Below, piece after piece: positions 1 to 14,172 of a DNA stretch of 64,000 nucleotides; the stretch's first letter is position 1; every line of letters starts with the position of its first letter. The translations under genes and the position numbers were made by a program. This DNA is from Octopus vulgaris (taxonomy: Eukaryota): the NCBI GenBank assembly GCA_951406725.2, contig OX597834.1:8308001-8372000 (forward strand), read 5' to 3'. The notes beneath the pieces are model-generated. The model saw only the letters and a list, made by a program, of their open reading frames with translations. It did no database searches and was not told where the DNA came from.

Positions 1-175
1 ACTGTAATTTAATTTCTAGAGAAAACTCTCGAAGAGACAGGGAAATAATTAGAGAGGAGAGAGAGCGGGAGGGGGAGAGAGAGGGAGGGATGGAAAGCGT
101 TAAGGAAGGAAAGAGAGGGAGAGAGAAACGTTACATTATGGATTTATTGATATTAATAATAATAATAATAATAAT

Positions 176-402
176 CCTTTCTAGATGAGAAACAGGGCCT
201 GAAATTTTGAGGGAGGGAATGAGTCGATTACGTCGGCCCCAGTGTTTCACTGACGCTTAATTTATCGACCCCAAATGGTTGAAAGCCAAAGTCGACCATG
301 GAATTTGAAATCCGAAGCGGAAGACTGACAAGATACCTATTTCTTTACTACCCTCAAGGGGATAAACACAGAGAGGACAAACAAGGACAGACAAACGGAT
401 TA
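176..402 (-). mobile_element. SINE-A dimer junction (end of a type-1 tail fused to a type-2 unit), diverged
   Basis: The reverse complement reads ...ggtagtaaagaaata|ggtatcttgtc...gtcgactttggctttcaaccatttggggtcgataaattaag..., matching the intact SINE-A at 33106-33337 and the dimer at 17386-17757. Confidence 0.8.
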
Positions 403-478
403 TCTGGCATGTAAATGGGTGTGAAAATTTCACAGAATTGCACTTATGCACATGCATTAAGTGATAGGTGATTCTCTT

Positions 479-571
479 CTTTTGCTCTTTTACTTGTTTC
501 AGTCATTTGACTGTAGCCATGCTGGAGCACCGCCTTTAGTCGAGCAAATCGACCCCAGGACTTATTCTTTG
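479..571 (-). mobile_element. SINE-B 3' fragment
   Basis: ttttacttgtttcagtcatttgactgtagccatgctggagcaccgcctttagtcgagcaaatcgacc is the reverse complement of the SINE-B tail. Confidence 0.9.
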
Positions 572-1585
572 ACAAGATTGCTGATTCAAGATGTCCACCC
601 TTGTAATTCTTGTGACACAAATCTGAAGCTTTGTCAACTATTTGAGCTTCAGGAAAACACTTTCCGCAAAGAGCAACTACATCTACTTGATAGCCAATAA
701 TTTGAACTGAAAGAAGAGGAAAGGAACGAAAAGAAAGCAGAAAACATTTGAATACAAAATATATATATTTTAAAGAGAAATTTCTTTATTGGTGCAAGTA
801 TTTCGCTTTGAAGAAACGTTAGCGGGTCAAACAATATGAATGTTGGTTCTCAAGATTATAAAAATTCAAACAATAGATATTTGAAAACAAAATTTTTGAA
901 CAGAAAGCAAAATAGGAGCGCCACTACCATCGCCAACAACAACAACAGCAGCTGCAGCGGTGGTGATGGTGGTGGTGATGGTGGTAGTGATGGTGGTGGT
1001 GATGACGACATAAAACAGGATAAGGTAAATATAAATACAAGAAGCAGGACAATAGTCACAATAACAATAACATCATCGATAACAGCGTTAGTGGTGGTGG
1101 TCGTGGTAGCTGTAGGAACCGGAGTAGCAATGACTAAACTACTAACAGCATCAGGAGAGCCAAAATAGAGAAAAATTGAAAAATCGATGGCAACATAGAT
1201 ATATAATTCCAATATATCCACTTTAGCGTAAAACGTACACTGGAAAATGAATATATCAAGCATTGTTTTCTCTTTCAGCATGTATGTTTTTTTTTGTACT
1301 TCCTTCTATGTTTTTTTTTCTTCTTTTTTTTTATTTTCTTCTATTTGTTTTAAGTACGACTGTAAAGTAGAAGAACAGGCATTTTGAATATGTTTGGAAT
1401 AAAGATTTACCATTAGACAAGTAAGTAGTTTAGTGGAAAAGTTGAAAGATTAAATACCAAATAATAGCTACCTTAATCGTGGCTAAATATCTCTCAATGC
1501 AGCAGCCATTCTTTTACCTTTGAAAAGGGAAATTTCTAGAGATCAGAAGATCATTGTTATTGCTTTTTTCTACTGAAAAAATGCA

Positions 1586-1720
<135 letters not shown>

Positions 1721-3876
1721 TATATTTTTAATAAAATATGTTGTCTCTTCTTTAGATTTTATTTTAGTGTAATTTGGAAACAATTCATCCAATTACACAC
1801 ACAAAACACAAATATATATTTATATGTGTATGTGTGTGTGTGCATATATGTGTGTCTGTCTGTTTACATGTGTGCATTCGTATATGCATAAACACATACA
1901 CAGAAGTGTACAAGCAAAGAAGCACGCATATACACTCATATGTTGGTTGGCTTCAAGAAAAAGCTGAACCAATAGTCTGCATAGAAACTAAATGGCCAAC
2001 AGGACAAAAAAATTATTTAAATTCAAGGAAAACAAATTTCAGATGCTAATATCCTAGGGAGAGAAAACTAAGCGTAGCCATTAAGTTGGTACCTGGGTGA
2101 AAACTCATTGTACACCACGGACAAAGAGAAATGAATGAATGCTGTGAAGATCACACTACAGCTACTGTCTGCAAAGGGCATCTATAGCAGCAGTGAAAAA
2201 AATAGAAACAGGAACCTCTACGTGTTTGTAACAGAAAGGAGGAATTACAACCGCGTTCGTGTTTCGTGGTCTGCTACCACAACAGCTCCTTTATAGGATC
2301 CAGTTACCTCAAGACATCATCAGGAGGAACCACGTCCGGTTTTGGCACCTACTCCTCTACGTTTTGACGTGGCGCCCCCCCCCCTCTTTCGGAGTTGTCT
2401 TCAACTCTGGTATTGGGTGCATGATTTCTTTCTTCTTCTTTCTTCTGTTCCGTGGCCTCTTCAATGTAGCGTGAGCGGGCGACTGACTGACTTGTCAATT
2501 TTTTTCCCTTTAAATACCTGCCGCTAGACTCCAGGAGGCAGCCCCAGTAAGTTGTCACGTGACACTGCCTCACCTTAACTGACCAGTGAATGCGCTCTTA
2601 TTTCGTTTAAGTGTTTGTAGCGGATTCCTCCCAATATATCGCATGATTTTTCTGCAGGAACGGGAGAAAAAGGTTTTTGTGAATATCGAAGCGAAATATT
2701 TTTAAATGTTACTAATTTTATGGTGTCGAAATATTTTTTATTACTAAGCAAGAACACTTGTGAAACACATGTTCTAGCCTCTTTATTTCATTGTCATTGA
2801 AAATCGTTGATCCTCACGTATTTTCGTATAAATGTCACATCTATTATAAGGGAGGTGATCTAATTTGTATACATTCATACTCGAATTTTATCTGTATTCT
2901 CACTTTTCTAGTATTTAATTCTAACCGGCTACTGTACATTTAAGTTTCATCTTTTACTATGATCTGAGTATAGATAGCCTGAGTCCAGCCAGTCGCAAAG
3001 TGCAGTGTACATTATAAACACCAAAATTTAGCAACACGAGGAAATCCGTATGTTGGGGTACATTTGTAGAGATGTATTGTAAATTTATCGAACGCTTTCT
3101 GTTTTCCGGCACGATGTTTGATTTTACCTTTGTCAGACAAGACAACAGATTTGAATAGCTTTAGCAGTTGCACAGATGCCTTCATCTTTGTGAAAGGTTA
3201 GGAATCTGAAATTCTAGACTTGCCATTTCTCACGGCAATTTAATTTATTCGATATGTAACAAATACTTCTGGTCTGCTGTTCCTGATACAATCTCTCACA
3301 AACTTCCTCACAAACTTGCTTACATTCCTGTTTTAACCCAATTATAATGGGATCTGATATAAGCACAATGGTATCGACATTTGAAACTCATAACTGTAAG
3401 GTACTACTTTCTAAACAAAAATATTTAGCCCGGCGGTTTATTATCACGATCATCTCCACCATTCTCTCTGGCTCATATTATGATAACCTGAGGATTCCTG
3501 ACAGAGCGTGATCCAACGCTGTTGTTTAAATAACAATCAACATTTGATACATACATATGTGTTTGCTTCGCCGTCCACATATCTACGTAAAACATGTGTA
3601 AACGTTATATTAGATACAGCACGATTCATATTCAATAACTGTTTTATTATCATGCAGTCATCTCTACTACAGAGACGTGCTTGAATTGATATCTAATTTT
3701 ATCTCCATAGAATGTTAGAGTAGTGGCGAGTTTTGCCCCCAGGATACAGAACAAAGCGAAGCAGATATGTTGACATGCTATAATAATTTATCAAGCTACA
3801 TTGTGCAGTTCAATAGATTACAGCTACCATTATCGTATATCTACTACTAGTAAGTCGATAAAGTGTGAGAAAGAAT

Positions 3877-3890
3877 ACACACACACACAC

Positions 3891-3927
<37 letters not shown>

Positions 3928-3979
3928 CACACACACATATATATATATATATAGATAGATAGATAGATATATGTATATG

Positions 3980-4011
<32 letters not shown>

Positions 4012-4038
4012 AATGTGTGTGTGTGTGAGACAGAGAGT

Positions 4039-4085
<47 letters not shown>

Positions 4086-4119
4086 AACATAAATAGATAG
4101 ATATAGATATATGTATATG

Positions 4120-4171
<52 letters not shown>

Positions 4172-4258
4172 TCTGTGTGTGTGAGAGAGAGAGTATACAT
4201 ATATATATATATATAGATATATGTATATATATATATGTGTGTGTATGTGTGAGAGAGA

Positions 4259-4297
<39 letters not shown>

Positions 4298-4440
4298 CAT
4301 GCATACATATATAAATACATGTACATGTAAATATATATATGCATACATATAAATATATATATGTGTGTGTAGGTGTGTGCCTGTGTGTATGCGTGTGCTC
4401 GTGCGTGTGCATGTATGCGTGTATGTGTGTGTTTGTATGT
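3877..4440. repeat. compound (CA)n/(TA)n/(TG)n/(GA)n microsatellite with internal higher-order repeats
   Basis: Read directly; the block tgtgtgagagagagtatacatata recurs about 3 times. Confidence 0.95.
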
Positions 4441-7175
4441 ACGTAAGTATAAATATATGAATACAATCATACACAAGTCATGTTCTTGTAAACGAATATA
4501 GTTTTTCTGGTGTAGCTGCTTGATATGTATTATTCAGTTAACCATCCTTTCAGGCATATTGTGTTCACCGATCGAGATTCTTCAATTCTGTAAGATGCTA
4601 ATATACTGTAACAAAATCGATTTTAATGCCTGCAGTTCAAACTTCCGGTGATTTCGATAACCGTTACATATGTTAGATATTTGCTATGTTAAATATGCTA
4701 GCAGACTTCTACTGCTGCTATTTGTTATAAGTAGTTAGATAATTTCTAACCATTCATTGAAGAATAATATATGTTTAAAATAAGGATTCACAAGACAAAT
4801 AATTCTCATTCAAATCCACTGTGAGGCAATGCGTGTATTCAAGAATAGGATGTCTTGTGAGGCTTAAGTGTCGAAGCGGTTTGGAAATGGAAAACTAACT
4901 GCTGAATTTAACAGTTTGGAACATTTTAATAATTGAAAGTAATAAACGTGTACACTTCTGAATATTCGTAGCAGTATTTCATGTTGAATTTCTTGGTGTC
5001 ATAATCGCAATTTATTGCAGCAAGTGATGACGGAGTTCAATAATAACATTATTTTGGTAATGCGTCTTATATGAATGTCTACTGCGCACTGGAAGAGGAA
5101 ATACGTGAGTGAACATGATACAGGCCGAATAGCTGCGGTGTCGGTAATCCTGCCATTGGCATTGGCATAGAAGCCTAAGTTGAATACTGAAGTGAACTAG
5201 CAATTGCACTACACTTCTAGATGTCCCTCCCAAAATCATTGTTTATTAGAACTCCTAAGTCACATGATTACCTGGAAAGGGATGAGACGTACGTCTCGAC
5301 GCGGCGTATGTATCATCTTGCATCTCATGCAGCTCAAACTTATAGTTTTATTTGGTTATTTAATGCTGTATGGTAATGTCTATTGCTATTCAACTGATCG
5401 TTCGACCACAACGAAATCGATGAAGTTATGTTTTTTATTGATTTATTTCCTGTTAATATCTATCATGGCAGTTCCAAACCGAAAACTCATCATTTGTTTA
5501 GTGTTTTCTAATGAAGCCGAACGTGATGGATTCGAACCGGGTGCGCTGACATTACGAACGAATAGAAACGTGCATCTCATCCAGTACTGTCACAGTCCCG
5601 CAAATCCACCTCTATGGATTTACCACTTCCTTTATCAAAACCGAGATAAAATAAATGCAAAGTTTTTTTTCCGATAGAATTTGAACTGAGAAAGCAGAAA
5701 TCATGTTTTTTTCCCAGATCTTTACTGTTTTACCCAATGCACAGCGGGAAATGCTGCTCGTGTACGGATTTGCTTAGCATGTTCATATTGTCCATACATT
5801 CCCAACTGTGAGAATTCGATATGTAAATGGAAAACAGATCTTTTGATTAAAATTGTGAATAAACTATATTATCTGCACATCTAATATTCATGTCAATATT
5901 TCGGCTAGTAATGAAGTCAGCTCTCGGCATCTAATCAGTGGAGGAAATATTTACCTTTCTTGACAAAGTCACTGTGAGGGTATTATTAATTACACGACGA
6001 AACTGGATTCGTAATTGTGGAAAAATTGATGCATTCGCAAATTAAGTCTTTCACGACATTCACAGGTAAAAAAAAAAGATAAAATAAAATTCCTAACTTA
6101 GTCCTAAACGTATACAGTGTTGTCGAACTTACACAGTTGTATACGTCAAAAAACCTACAGAGGCTTTTTGTATCTTTTTCACGGCATAAAGTAGGTATGA
6201 GTCATAAATGGTGGCATCTAAGAACGACATTATGCCACTGTTTTATTTCATATTGAAGAAAGAATGTTCTGTAGGAGAGTTTACTGGAAGTTAATTGAGT
6301 CCTATTGAGTGTCGGTGAGAGAAATGTGTCTCTTTAATTTATATTTTAAATCAAGATATCCGCAAAAGAACCATTATAACAGCTGGTGCTGAAATCAATT
6401 TTAAATTGAAATTAATTCCAATCTGTCTCAGTAATTTCTTCATGCTTTTGCTCTTTTAACTTTTAATTTAATAGTATTTATCTTCCCTCCATTGCCTACA
6501 CTCACCCTCTGTTTCCCATTTGTTAACACACGCATTCAGCACGCAGAAATATTACCATCTACCTTTGCTCTATGTATGTCAATACACATGCAGGTACACA
6601 AAAACAGACATGTGCTCGCGCGTGTGTATCTGTGTGTCATTCTCACAATTTCCTTCCAGCAATGTTTCCATCATTAAATTTTGTTTTGTGACTTTCTCTC
6701 CCCTATTTTCTCTCTCTACTCCGATATACCACTGATATATATTCTCTTTTTAAATTACTTTCATTTTGATACATTCAACTTCTCTAATGCTTCATAATTA
6801 GTATATGGTTGTTTGTCGTTGCTCTTTCACTCTAAAAGAGCCTTGAATGAACAATGGATTTGTGAAAAAAACGACAAATGGAACATAAAACAGTACGGTA
6901 TAATCTGAAGGAAAATTCCTGCTACGTTTAATTGATCAAATAAATATCATTCTCGCCTCTTCCACCATTACCAAATTTCATTCTGGTGAAGTTACAGAAT
7001 GATGAGCGCGTTGGTCAAAATCCTTAAAAGAATTTCTTTAAGTTGTTTTACGCCCTTTATTCAAATTCGTCTCAGAATGACTTAGCTTGATCAACTTTTC
7101 GAGGTCGATAAAATATGTTCAAGATGAGATTCGGGCTCGATTTTGGGGCCTGTAATAAAATGTAAATCCATTATT

Positions 7176-7475
7176 GTTTGTTCCTTCTCAAGCCATGTCT
7201 GGCTCATAAGGGTCGATTGCGCGGTATCCTTGGCGTATAGGTTCCCCAACTGGACGGGACGCTGGTCCGTCGCAGATGAGCTGCAAGATGCAGGAGGACA
7301 GAGTGAGAGAAAGTTGTGGCGAAAGAGTCAGCTGAGGTTTGCCATTACATTCTGCCGGAGCCGCGTGGAGCTTGGGTGTTTCGCTCATAAACTCACACAT
7401 CGCCCGGTCTGAGATTCGAACACGCGATCCCTCGACCGCGTCCGCTGCTCTAACCACTAGGCCACGTGCCCCCGC
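7176..7475 (-). mobile_element. tRNA-derived SINE, body C with tail Y (hybrid)
   Basis: Head and body align with SINE-C (gagtgagagaaagttgtgg, cgcccggtct, taaccact). The 3' part (ccttctcaagccatg..ggctcataaggg) matches the SINE at 35853. Imperfect TSD aaat(c/t)catt. Confidence 0.85.
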
Positions 7476-8916
7476 AAATTCATTTAATACAGACTTACAT
7501 AAAAAAAGTAAGTACTTGTAAAACTTTCAGTCGCTTCACCTGTATCATGCTAAAATAGTGAGTCATGGAAAAAATTAAGGAAAATATAGAACGTAGTCCA
7601 ATCACCTGCGAAGGGAAACCATTGGATAGGAAAAATCCAATATTTTATGTGAAGCAAAAATCGAAATATTCCATCAGATTGAATTGTAGACTTTCTCTTC
7701 ACCTGGCTGCCATAAAGTTATGAGAAATACTAAATACAAAAGTGTACCGCCTACGCCAAGAAACTTTATGCCTCTAAAAAGGGATGCCCTATCTTATCAT
7801 TAGACCCATATTCTGGTAACTGTTGGTATGTTTAACCCCACATCGACTCTGTTGAATGGTGCCTATAATCGAAAGCATTTAAGTTGTGATGATTACATCT
7901 CATCTTTCAGGTATACATGCCCAACATGTTATTGAGTAAGTTTGACGATAACAAAAGGTCCTCTTTCGGAATAAGAGAAATAGCACATAAGTTACCTATC
8001 GCAAAATTATTCCGAGTTTTAATAGACAGGCATCGGCAACTAGCTAAATAGACAACTTACTCAATTATGAGAATTATCGGCGCGAGTTGTGGTTTATATT
8101 TTCATTTTATGCTCTATAGAACAATAATGTTGACACTACAGAATCTCAACACACTTTAAATGAAAGATTAGAATTTAAGGAATATAAAATTTCTTGGACA
8201 AGAATCTTGCTATTTTTCACAACCATTTATTTTAAATATCATCTTTGTCTTCTTATTTTCTATCTTATATTTTGTTTATTTCATTAAACGATATTCACGT
8301 TGCGCTTTAATGAACTTAAATTCAATACAAAGATGATACATCTAATAGGTAGCGGATGCTCAATTTCACTTTATAATCGTTTAGAAACTTTTACAGCGAA
8401 GCCACAAAGCTAAGATATCGGTAGCTTGGCTGTACCAGGGGTACTCTTTAAATGCATTACAGACAGTAAAGTATATCTAAACCAGGACATTTTTTTAAAA
8501 CTTTTCATTTTATAAAATTATATGTAGGTTATAGAACATTTGGGATCTATGTAATTAACTGACCTCTCCATGTAAAATTTTTGGGCGTGTAACAAAATGT
8601 AAATCCATTATTAATACAGACTAATGTTGCTACAAGCAAAACTTTTAAATGGTAATAATTAACGAAATATTCAGCGGAATTTTAAAATTTGGATGTGGGC
8701 GAAACTTTCTTTGGATTGAAGCAACATCCACGTGATAGCCAAAGACCACTTTACTTTATATAAAAAAAAAATGCTTCACTGAATACTGTAGTCCAAAGTC
8801 TGAACAGAATTATGATCAGAAGGAAAGCAAGAAAACCAACAGCAAAAACAATAAAACTGCGCGAAGCAAAACAACTCCGGAGCCGATAACAAAAGCAACA
8901 GCAAGGGAGGAAACAA

Positions 8917-9286
8917 TCTGTCTGTCTCCTACAATTTAGATTCCTAACTACTTCCACATTTTGCGGTGCAGCTTAACCAAAACCGGGTATCTTATAGTCG
9001 TGATTCATATCGAGCCCTTCTGGGTATTAGCGCGCGTCTACGATGAGTCTACGATTTTAAAAATAATTTACCATCAATTTTTCCCATTTTTAATGCATTT
9101 TTGGCATATATAAGGGAAGTAACTCTCTAAAAATGTATTATTAAATCTCAGAACGTAAAAAGCTACAGTAACACCCCACCCTTGTGGTTAGCCATATTGA
9201 GATGGCTATTATACTTTACATCTCTAAAAATGCTTATATAGTTTTTTTCCCTTACAAACTCGAGCAACGCCGGGCAATACTGCTAG
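8917..9286 (+). mobile_element. non-autonomous Helitron (5'-shortened copy)
   Basis: Highly similar to 59650-60051. Subterminal hairpin ctcgagcaacgccggg followed by a CTAG|T end. Confidence 0.85.
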
Positions 9287-10237
9287 TAGCAAATAAAACG
9301 TGACAGTAACGTAATTTAGTTCCACATAATACATTTAATCAATAGGACAGGGAACGTGAGTTAAATGACATGGATGACTTTCCAGACAACAAAAACAAAA
9401 TAAGTTACAGTCGAAAACTATCTTAAACATGAAAAATGGAGGCAGTATATTTTATTCAATAGACCTCACAGTATTGTTCAGCTAGAAAATTCTGACATAC
9501 GGACCAGGATTCAAATGACAAGGAAGCGATATTATGGATTATATAAAATGCTGTGTTCGCTAAGTTCGCTATTTTTATAATAACGAGAGTTGTAATGGCC
9601 GACTCAAACAATTTTGGATTATTGATGAGATCAAATATATCAGCAAATGATTTCAGATTTCTGTTGGACCATTTTTTAATGATTAGTCTTAACCCGTTGC
9701 AAGGATATAAATTCGGTGGTAGATTTGTAAATAAGATTAACCAAATATTTCACTGATAAGTTTTTTTATCGCGACCTGAAGGATGAAATATATTGTTGAT
9801 CACGGTAAAATATGAACTTAGAACATAGCCGGAGTAAATGATATAAGGCCTTTTGCCAAAACAGTAAACATTCTAACAATCCAATAACTTTAATCTCAGC
9901 TAATAGATATTTCATAATTTATCAAAAAAAAAAAAAAAGAAACATCGATTTATACAGAAGAACAGATAAAATTTGACAATATGAACAGCACAGAATACCG
10001 TTGGCGGCAAAGAGAAATTAAAAAAAAAAACGTCGCTCCCAAGTTCATGTAGCAGATGCCAAGCAACCTTGGACTGAATTGTCGTCTTCTGTGGACACTA
10101 CGCACTCATTCACATGTGCTTGTGTGTGTATTGTAATATAGTAGAATTATATTAAATTTATGTGTGTGTGTATCTATACATATATATGTCTGTATATGTG
10201 TTTATGTGTATGAATGTGTAAATGTATATACACTCAT

Positions 10238-10299
<62 letters not shown>

Positions 10300-10301
10300 G
10301 C

Positions 10302-10354
<53 letters not shown>

Positions 10355-10356
<2 letters not shown>

Positions 10357-10770
10357 CGCAGGAGTGGCTGTGTGGTAAGTAGCTTGCTAACCAACCACAT
10401 GGTTCCGGGTTCAGTCCCACTGCGTGGCACCTTGGGCAAGTGTCTTCTGCTATAGCCCCAGGCCGACCAATGCCTTGTGAGTGGATTTGGTAGACGGAAA
10501 CTGAAAGAAGCCTGTCGTATATATGTATATATGTATATGTGTGTGTGTGTTTGTGTGTCTGTGTTTGTCTCCCTAGCATTGCTTGACAACCGATGCTGGT
10601 GTGTTTATGTCCCCGTTACTTAGCGGTTCGGCAAAAGAGACCGATAGAATAAGTACTGGGCTTACAAAGAATAAGTTCCGGGGTCGATTTGCTCGATTAA
10701 AGGCGGTGCTCCAGCATGGCCGCAGTCAAATGACTGAAACAAGTAAAAAGAGCAAAGAGCAAAAAGAGCA
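10355..10770 (+). mobile_element. SINE-B, full length, inserted in (TA)n
   Basis: A-box-like gtggctgtgtgg, B-box-like ggttcagtccc, CORE-like ccttgggcaagtgtctt, internal TA/TG tract, and tail ggcggtgctccagcatggccgcagtcaaatgactgaaac. More than 12 copies in the window. Confidence 0.92.
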
Positions 10771-10778
10771 TATGTATG

Positions 10779-10811
<33 letters not shown>

Positions 10812-10856
10812 GTATATATATATGTATATGTATATTTATATATACGTATATATATA

Positions 10857-10942
<86 letters not shown>

Positions 10943-12142
10943 TGTATATATAAATACATATATATATCAGCACTTTCATATTTCGTGCTATTTGTTGATC
11001 TTTATGCCATCTTGTTATTTTTCACAACCTTTTTATTTCAGATATCATCTTTGTCTTCTTATTTTCGATCTTATATTTATTTTATTTCATTAAATGATAT
11101 TCGCTTTGCGCTTTAATGAACTTAAATTCAATGCAATGATAATTTTGTCTAAAAGGTAAGGAAAAAATGTATTTCTGTTAGATAATACATCTCCGGTGTA
11201 TCATATATTTTGATGCATTTTAGTTTCTTTTGTAATTGTATTAGATTGCATGTAATTGAATTATATTTCACAGAATTTAGTCTTTGATGAAGATATATTT
11301 ACACTCGTAGTTACACAATAACTCTTGGATATAGAAACAAACGCATACTAAGAATGACTAAAATGCCTCCACATACAGACCCGTATAATTATGTATGTAT
11401 ATTTGCATGCATGTATATGTGTGCATATGTTTGTTTGTGCCTAAGGTGCGTATAGCGTTCGTGGAAGCAACGGCAATGAACTCTCGAAATGTTCATATAT
11501 GTTGCACGTTAAATTACATTTTGGAATGATTCGCAAAGACGTGGATTAGTTAACTGTTTGGATTCATTTATCATTTGGATTCAGCTATCACGGACTACAT
11601 CTACAAATTTTACATTTTCTATCTAATTTTCATAGTTGGGTTCAATTTTATTTTGTACAATATTCTCTTAAAATTTTTAGTCCAATTACGTATTGTAATA
11701 ATCTTTTTTTTATATAATTTGTAGTCGATTTTTATATATTTTCTGGGCAGGCCCTGTTGCATTTTATACTATTTCATTAGTGACTTTTACTTGGTGTGGT
11801 TTTTTTTTTGACATTTGAAAGCTGTGATATCATTTATATCTAAAGAGTTGTAGAAGCGCGGATATATAAAGTTCGTTAACCGAAATCCAATGTTTGATCT
11901 TAAATTATATTATTAATATGTGTCTCTGGCTCAACATCATATTAGCACTACTCTCCGGCAGTCCTATATATTGGTCACTTTCAATCGAAATAAATGTAAT
12001 TCATAATGTTCATCTTGTTACACACGAACACACACAAACACACATATATAATATGCGACAATTATTCTGTAGCCTATATTTACAGATAAATTCCTCCATT
12101 TATATAATATCAAGGTCTCTCTCATTCTTTTGTTGTCATGCC

Positions 12143-12181
<39 letters not shown>

Positions 12182-12183
<2 letters not shown>

Positions 12184-12345
12184 ACAAGTGAAAGACAGAA
12201 GATGGAATATACGAGAATATATTATTAATCTCAACAATTGTTTCGACACATCCAGCATCGACTCATCTTGTGGGACACACAAAAACTGGTTCAGGAGTAT
12301 CCGGTGGTGCTGACGTATCTTCTCGGGTGAGAAAAAAATAAATAT
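12182..12345 (-). mobile_element. possible PLE terminus with a degenerate hammerhead (long stem II)
   Basis: Minus strand: tctca-cccgagaa-GATACGTCAGCA...TGCTGGATGTGTC-GAAAC-AATTGT-tgaga, abutting (TA)n. The core is damaged. Confidence 0.4.
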
Positions 12346-12850
12346 CTCGTTAAAATGATTGTTCTATAATACAACTTTTCGTTTTGTAGAGAGTAAAAGC
12401 AGCTAGATGGTGGAAAATTTTTCATATATATATATATATAGAGAGAGAGAGACGATCCAAAAATAACATTACATAAGAAAAAAAGAGAAACGAACACTTA
12501 ATCCAGCGAGAAAAGTATTGAAAATAGTCGTTAACCGATATGGATGTACAAACGCCCTCTGGCAAGCAGTAAAGCGTGTACGAGCGCTCATACAAGCTTT
12601 AGCAAAAATAGGTGCATACGCACACACGAGGTCAGGCGCACTCATAATTACAAAGTGTGTTAGATATTTGGAAGATGTTTAGAAGCTTGGGGAGGTTTAA
12701 AGTATACATGTATGTATATATAGAATTAATACGTTTACTGTTATTATTGTCGACGTTGCTACTGCTGCTGCACTGCTGGTGTTGTTACGCTTCTGAAAGT
12801 TTCGTATGTATTTACACAGTTTTAGAACGAATTAATAGCGGGAAATTTAC

Positions 12851-12927
12851 GTCTTCTACTATATAGCCTCGGCCCGACCAAAGCCTTGTGAGTGGATTTG
12901 GTAGACGGAAAATAAAAGAAGCCCGTC

Positions 12928-12930
<3 letters not shown>
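12851..12930 (+). mobile_element. SINE-B internal fragment running into (TA)n(GA)n
   Basis: gccttgtgagtggatttggtagacggaaa..aagaagcccgtcgtata. Confidence 0.85.
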
Positions 12931-13007
<77 letters not shown>

Positions 13008-13567
13008 AAAGAGAGTATACCATACTCAACTTTGAATTGATCCTTTTCGCCTACCTCACTTCTACATGCATGTATATATCCCTGTGTAGCAATGGAGAGG
13101 CACATTTCTCCTCGTGCAGGCGTTTTCACTTGTGTAATTATGTGTCTGCTTCATTTATATAGTTATTTTCTGAGGTATTATTCGTCTCTCATTTAAACTA
13201 TATTTATTACACGTCTGCCCGCCCGCCCGCGCGTGCACATACATACACCAGTATGCACACGCGTGTACGCACGTGGACGTGTGTGGGTAATTTCGTGTGT
13301 GTTTATAAAGTGCCTTTGCACTATGAATTTTAAAAGTATTGAAGTTGTAATTTATGGACAACCTGTGTATCTACACTAAAAAATGATATACAAACACGTA
13401 CGTATATATATATATGTGTGTGTGTGTGAGTGTGTGTATGTTTATTCATATACATATGCATACGTATTCATATATATATATATATACATACACAAACACG
13501 CACATATATATATATATATATATATATGAATACGTATACATAAGCATATGAATACAGACACACACAC

Positions 13568-13640
<73 letters not shown>

Positions 13641-13960
13641 TACTATAGATATTCACCAATTTTTATCACTAAATTTGAAATCTGTGTCGTAGGATAAATA
13701 AGAAATTTTATCACCAGAATATTTATATTTCTCATTGCACTGGAAATATATCTTCACTGAACAACAACGAATTATATGGCTTTTTCAATTTATCCCGACA
13801 CTGATTAAAGATGCATGCATAAAAGGTTTTTATTAGCGTTTGATATATTTACTACTATGAAATAAAAACGCGCATGTTAAACGCATTTAACAATAATAGC
13901 ACGTATATGCAATTACGAGCAGCATGTGATTATTATAAGTGGTAAAGCACTATTATTAAA

Positions 13961-14172
13961 TTTCTTATTTCTTTACTACCCACAAGAGGCTAAACACAGA
14001 GAGGACAAACAAGGACAGACAAACGGATTAAGTCGATTTCATCGATCTCCCAGTGCGTAACTGATACTTAATTTATCGACCCCGAAATGATGAAAGGTAG
14101 AACGTAGCGGCAGACGAAATACCGCAAAGCATTTCACCCGACGTGCTAACGTTCCTGCTAGCTCGCCGCCTT
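13961..14172 (-). mobile_element. SINE-A (type-1 tail)
   Basis: Reverse complement of the 33106 copy with an internal deletion. (AAGAAAT)2 tail; possible TSD tattattaaa. Confidence 0.9.

Noticed and set aside
836-1281. ORFs rich in G/D/N/V or P/S/L
   Set aside because: Translations of degenerate (AAC)/(GGT)/(GAT) trinucleotide repeats with no domain signature. The same applies to 31850-32032 and 33320-34107.
5515-5600. Possible tRNA gene (GGTTCGAATCC on the minus strand)
   Set aside because: Only the B-box is present and I cannot fold a cloverleaf. The SINE heads elsewhere are likewise tRNA-derived, not tRNA genes.
11275-11365. ttgatga...gaaac with ttagtc/gactaa flanks as a hammerhead
   Set aside because: C3 is altered and there is no convincing stem II, stem III or NUH site; possibly a decayed PLE end but unsupported.
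12550-12566. CTCF-like motif gccagagggcg (minus strand)
   Set aside because: Partial match only; a single short motif is expected by chance.
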